From NCBI GenBank assembly GCA_041746755.1, contig JBGTGL010000076.1, positions 1-47,876 on the forward strand: DNA of 47,876 nt, given 5' to 3'. The notes under the pieces are model-generated. The model was given only the letters and a program-made list of their open reading frames with translations. It made no database searches and was not told the DNA's origin. Shown here one piece after another: positions 46,534 to 47,876 of this stretch. How positions within the stretch are numbered: position 1 is the first letter of the stretch; each line of letters begins with the position of its first letter. The position numbers and the translations under genes are program-made. Source of the stretch: Acidimicrobiia bacterium (lineage in GTDB: Bacteria; Actinomycetota; Acidimicrobiia; Spongiisociales; ZC4RG35).

Positions 46534-47744
46534 CAAGTCTCGGCAAGGTCCGGCTGATCGCCGCACGCGAGATAGGAGAAAGGGGACGATCCAAGCCATA
46601 CCTCATCACGTCAGGCATAACTGCCTTGGTCGTCGTGGCCCTGATCGTCTTACCCGGACTGTTTGGTGACGAGACCTCCGAGTACGACATCGGCTCAGTC
46701 GGCACAGGCAATGTCGAGATCATCGAGACAGCGGAGATCCTGGGAAACAACAACGATGCCTCGGGGGATGCTCCGTCCGTTGCGATGACCGTTGTCGACT
46801 ATGACTCGGTCGAGGAAGCCGAGTCGGCTTTGGAGACCGGGGAAATCGATGTCGCACTCGTCGATGGCAGTCAGATATTGGTCGAACGCGAGGGCGGTTT
46901 CATTGGCGATTCCGGTGCTCTCGAGTTGTTGCAGCAAGCGGCGGCGGCGATTGCCCTGGAAGAGATCGCCTCGGAAAACGGCGAGGCCGCTCAAGACGTA
47001 ATCGACATCCTTTCATCCGACCCTCTCGAGGTAACTGCCCTGGTGGCCACAGACGAGGAAGCCGATTCCAGCAGCATCATCGCCTACTTCGGTCTGATTC
47101 TGCTCTACATGGCCATCATTCTCTATGGGACCTGGATCCTCACCGGAGTAACCGAAGAGAAGACCAATCGGGTGGTTGAAGTGATGATCTCTGCGGTTAA
47201 ACCATGGCAACTACTCGCCGGCAAGATCGTTGGAATCGGGGTGCTCGCAATCGCCCAATTCACCGCAACTCTCGCCATTGCGTATGTGGCAATCCGAGTA
47301 ATGGGGACAATCGAGATTCCCCCCGTCTCGACGGTCGGGGTGCTCAGCCTGACCCTCTGGTTCTTGCTCGGGTTCGCCCTCTACTCGGTTCTTTTCGGGG
47401 CGGCCGGTTCACTCGTCGGTCGTGTTGAAGACGCGCAAAGTGCGGCTATGCCGATGACCCTGTTCTCGGTCATCGGGTTCTTTGCCGGCTTTGCAGTCCT
47501 TGATAATCCGGATGGCACCGTTGCTGTGGTGACGACGCTTATTCCCTTCACCGCCCCATTCGTGGTTCCGATCCGGGTGTCACTCGAAGCGATACCTGCC
47601 TGGCAATTCGGTTTATCGGTTCTACTGACCCTTGGCGCGATTTATGTTTCGGTGCGCATCGCAGGCCGGATCTATGCGGGAGGCATTCTCCGGTCGGGTC
47701 AGCGGACCAAACTACGCGAGGCCTGGCGATCGGCGGAGAGCTGA
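46530..47744 (+). CDS. ABC-2 type transporter permease (NatB-like)
   Basis: 404 aa. N-terminal TM, large extracytoplasmic acidic loop, C-terminal cluster of TM segments. 4-nt overlap with the ATPase gene. Confidence 0.7.
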   Translation: MTSLGKVRLIAAREIGERGRSKPYLITSGITALVVVALIVLPGLFGDETSEYDIGSVGTGNVEIIETAEILGNNNDASGDAPSVAMTVVDYDSVEEAESALETGEIDVALVDGSQILVEREGGFIGDSGALELLQQAAAAIALEEIASENGEAAQDVIDILSSDPLEVTALVATDEEADSSSIIAYFGLILLYMAIILYGTWILTGVTEEKTNRVVEVMISAVKPWQLLAGKIVGIGVLAIAQFTATLAIAYVAIRVMGTIEIPPVSTVGVLSLTLWFLLGFALYSVLFGAAGSLVGRVEDAQSAAMPMTLFSVIGFFAGFAVLDNPDGTVAVVTTLIPFTAPFVVPIRVSLEAIPAWQFGLSVLLTLGAIYVSVRIAGRIYAGGILRSGQRTKLREAWRSAES

Positions 47745-47760
47745 CGGGTATCCTGCGCGG

Positions 47761-47876
47761 ATGGCTTACGACCAGAACCTCGCGGAACGGATCGCCGAGT
47801 ATCTCGAGTCCACCCCCGACGTGGTCGAACGGAAGATGTTCGGAGGAATCGCGTTCATCATTCAAGGCAACATGGC
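47761..47876 (+). CDS. TfoX/Sxy N-terminal domain family protein, 3' end cut by the window edge
   Basis: Hand translation MAYDQNLAERIAEYLESTPDVVERKMFGGIAFIIQGNMA, a typical TfoX_N start. Not in the track because it is truncated. Confidence 0.6.
   Translation, partial: MAYDQNLAERIAEYLESTPDVVERKMFGGIAFIIQGNM

Noticed and set aside
1-47876. CRISPR arrays, IS elements, toxin-antitoxin pairs, restriction-modification or other known defence modules.
   Set aside because: No regularly spaced direct repeats, transposase/integrase-like ORFs or recognisable defence-gene motifs were seen on either strand.

Overview
GC-rich (judged by eye, not computed), densely packed chromosomal segment. It looks like an Actinomycetota genome: WhiB, ask-asd, dnaX-ybaB-recR, a MymT-like metallothionein and a MoxR/DUF58/DUF4129 cluster are all present. 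I call about 55 protein genes, one tRNA-Pro(CGG) and a few structured or repeated intergenic elements. I found no CRISPR array, transposase, integrase or recognisable defence system, so most of the window is housekeeping. The best items are: (1) Track ORFs 6700..6942 and 5059..6669 (minus strand) are one gene joined by an in-frame UGA in the motif NNIDSCNRT-U-HAPSVAGL, followed by an fdhF-like SECIS hairpin. This is a selenocysteine formate dehydrogenase, and selA-selB lie about 7 kb away in the same window. (2) The FDH operon is unusual. The alpha subunit is split and its halves are in swapped order (Mo/Sec catalytic part, then a NuoE-NuoF fusion, then the Fe-S N-terminal module, then FdhD), and every junction overlaps. 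(3) A 57-aa Cys-rich MymT-like ORF falls below the track size cut-off. (4) A degenerate tRNA-like remnant and a 25-nt direct repeat lie next to tRNA-Pro. (5) A conserved imperfect palindrome occurs at two convergent gene ends. (6) A frameshifted PhoU-like gene converges on a truncated ArsR-like regulator that has a TTGAA/TTCAA operator array. (7) A conserved five-gene MoxR/DUF58/DUF4129 cluster of unknown function is present. All protein calls rest on motifs read by eye from the ORF track; no database search was run. Coordinates of elements outside the ORF track were counted by hand and may be off by a base or two.
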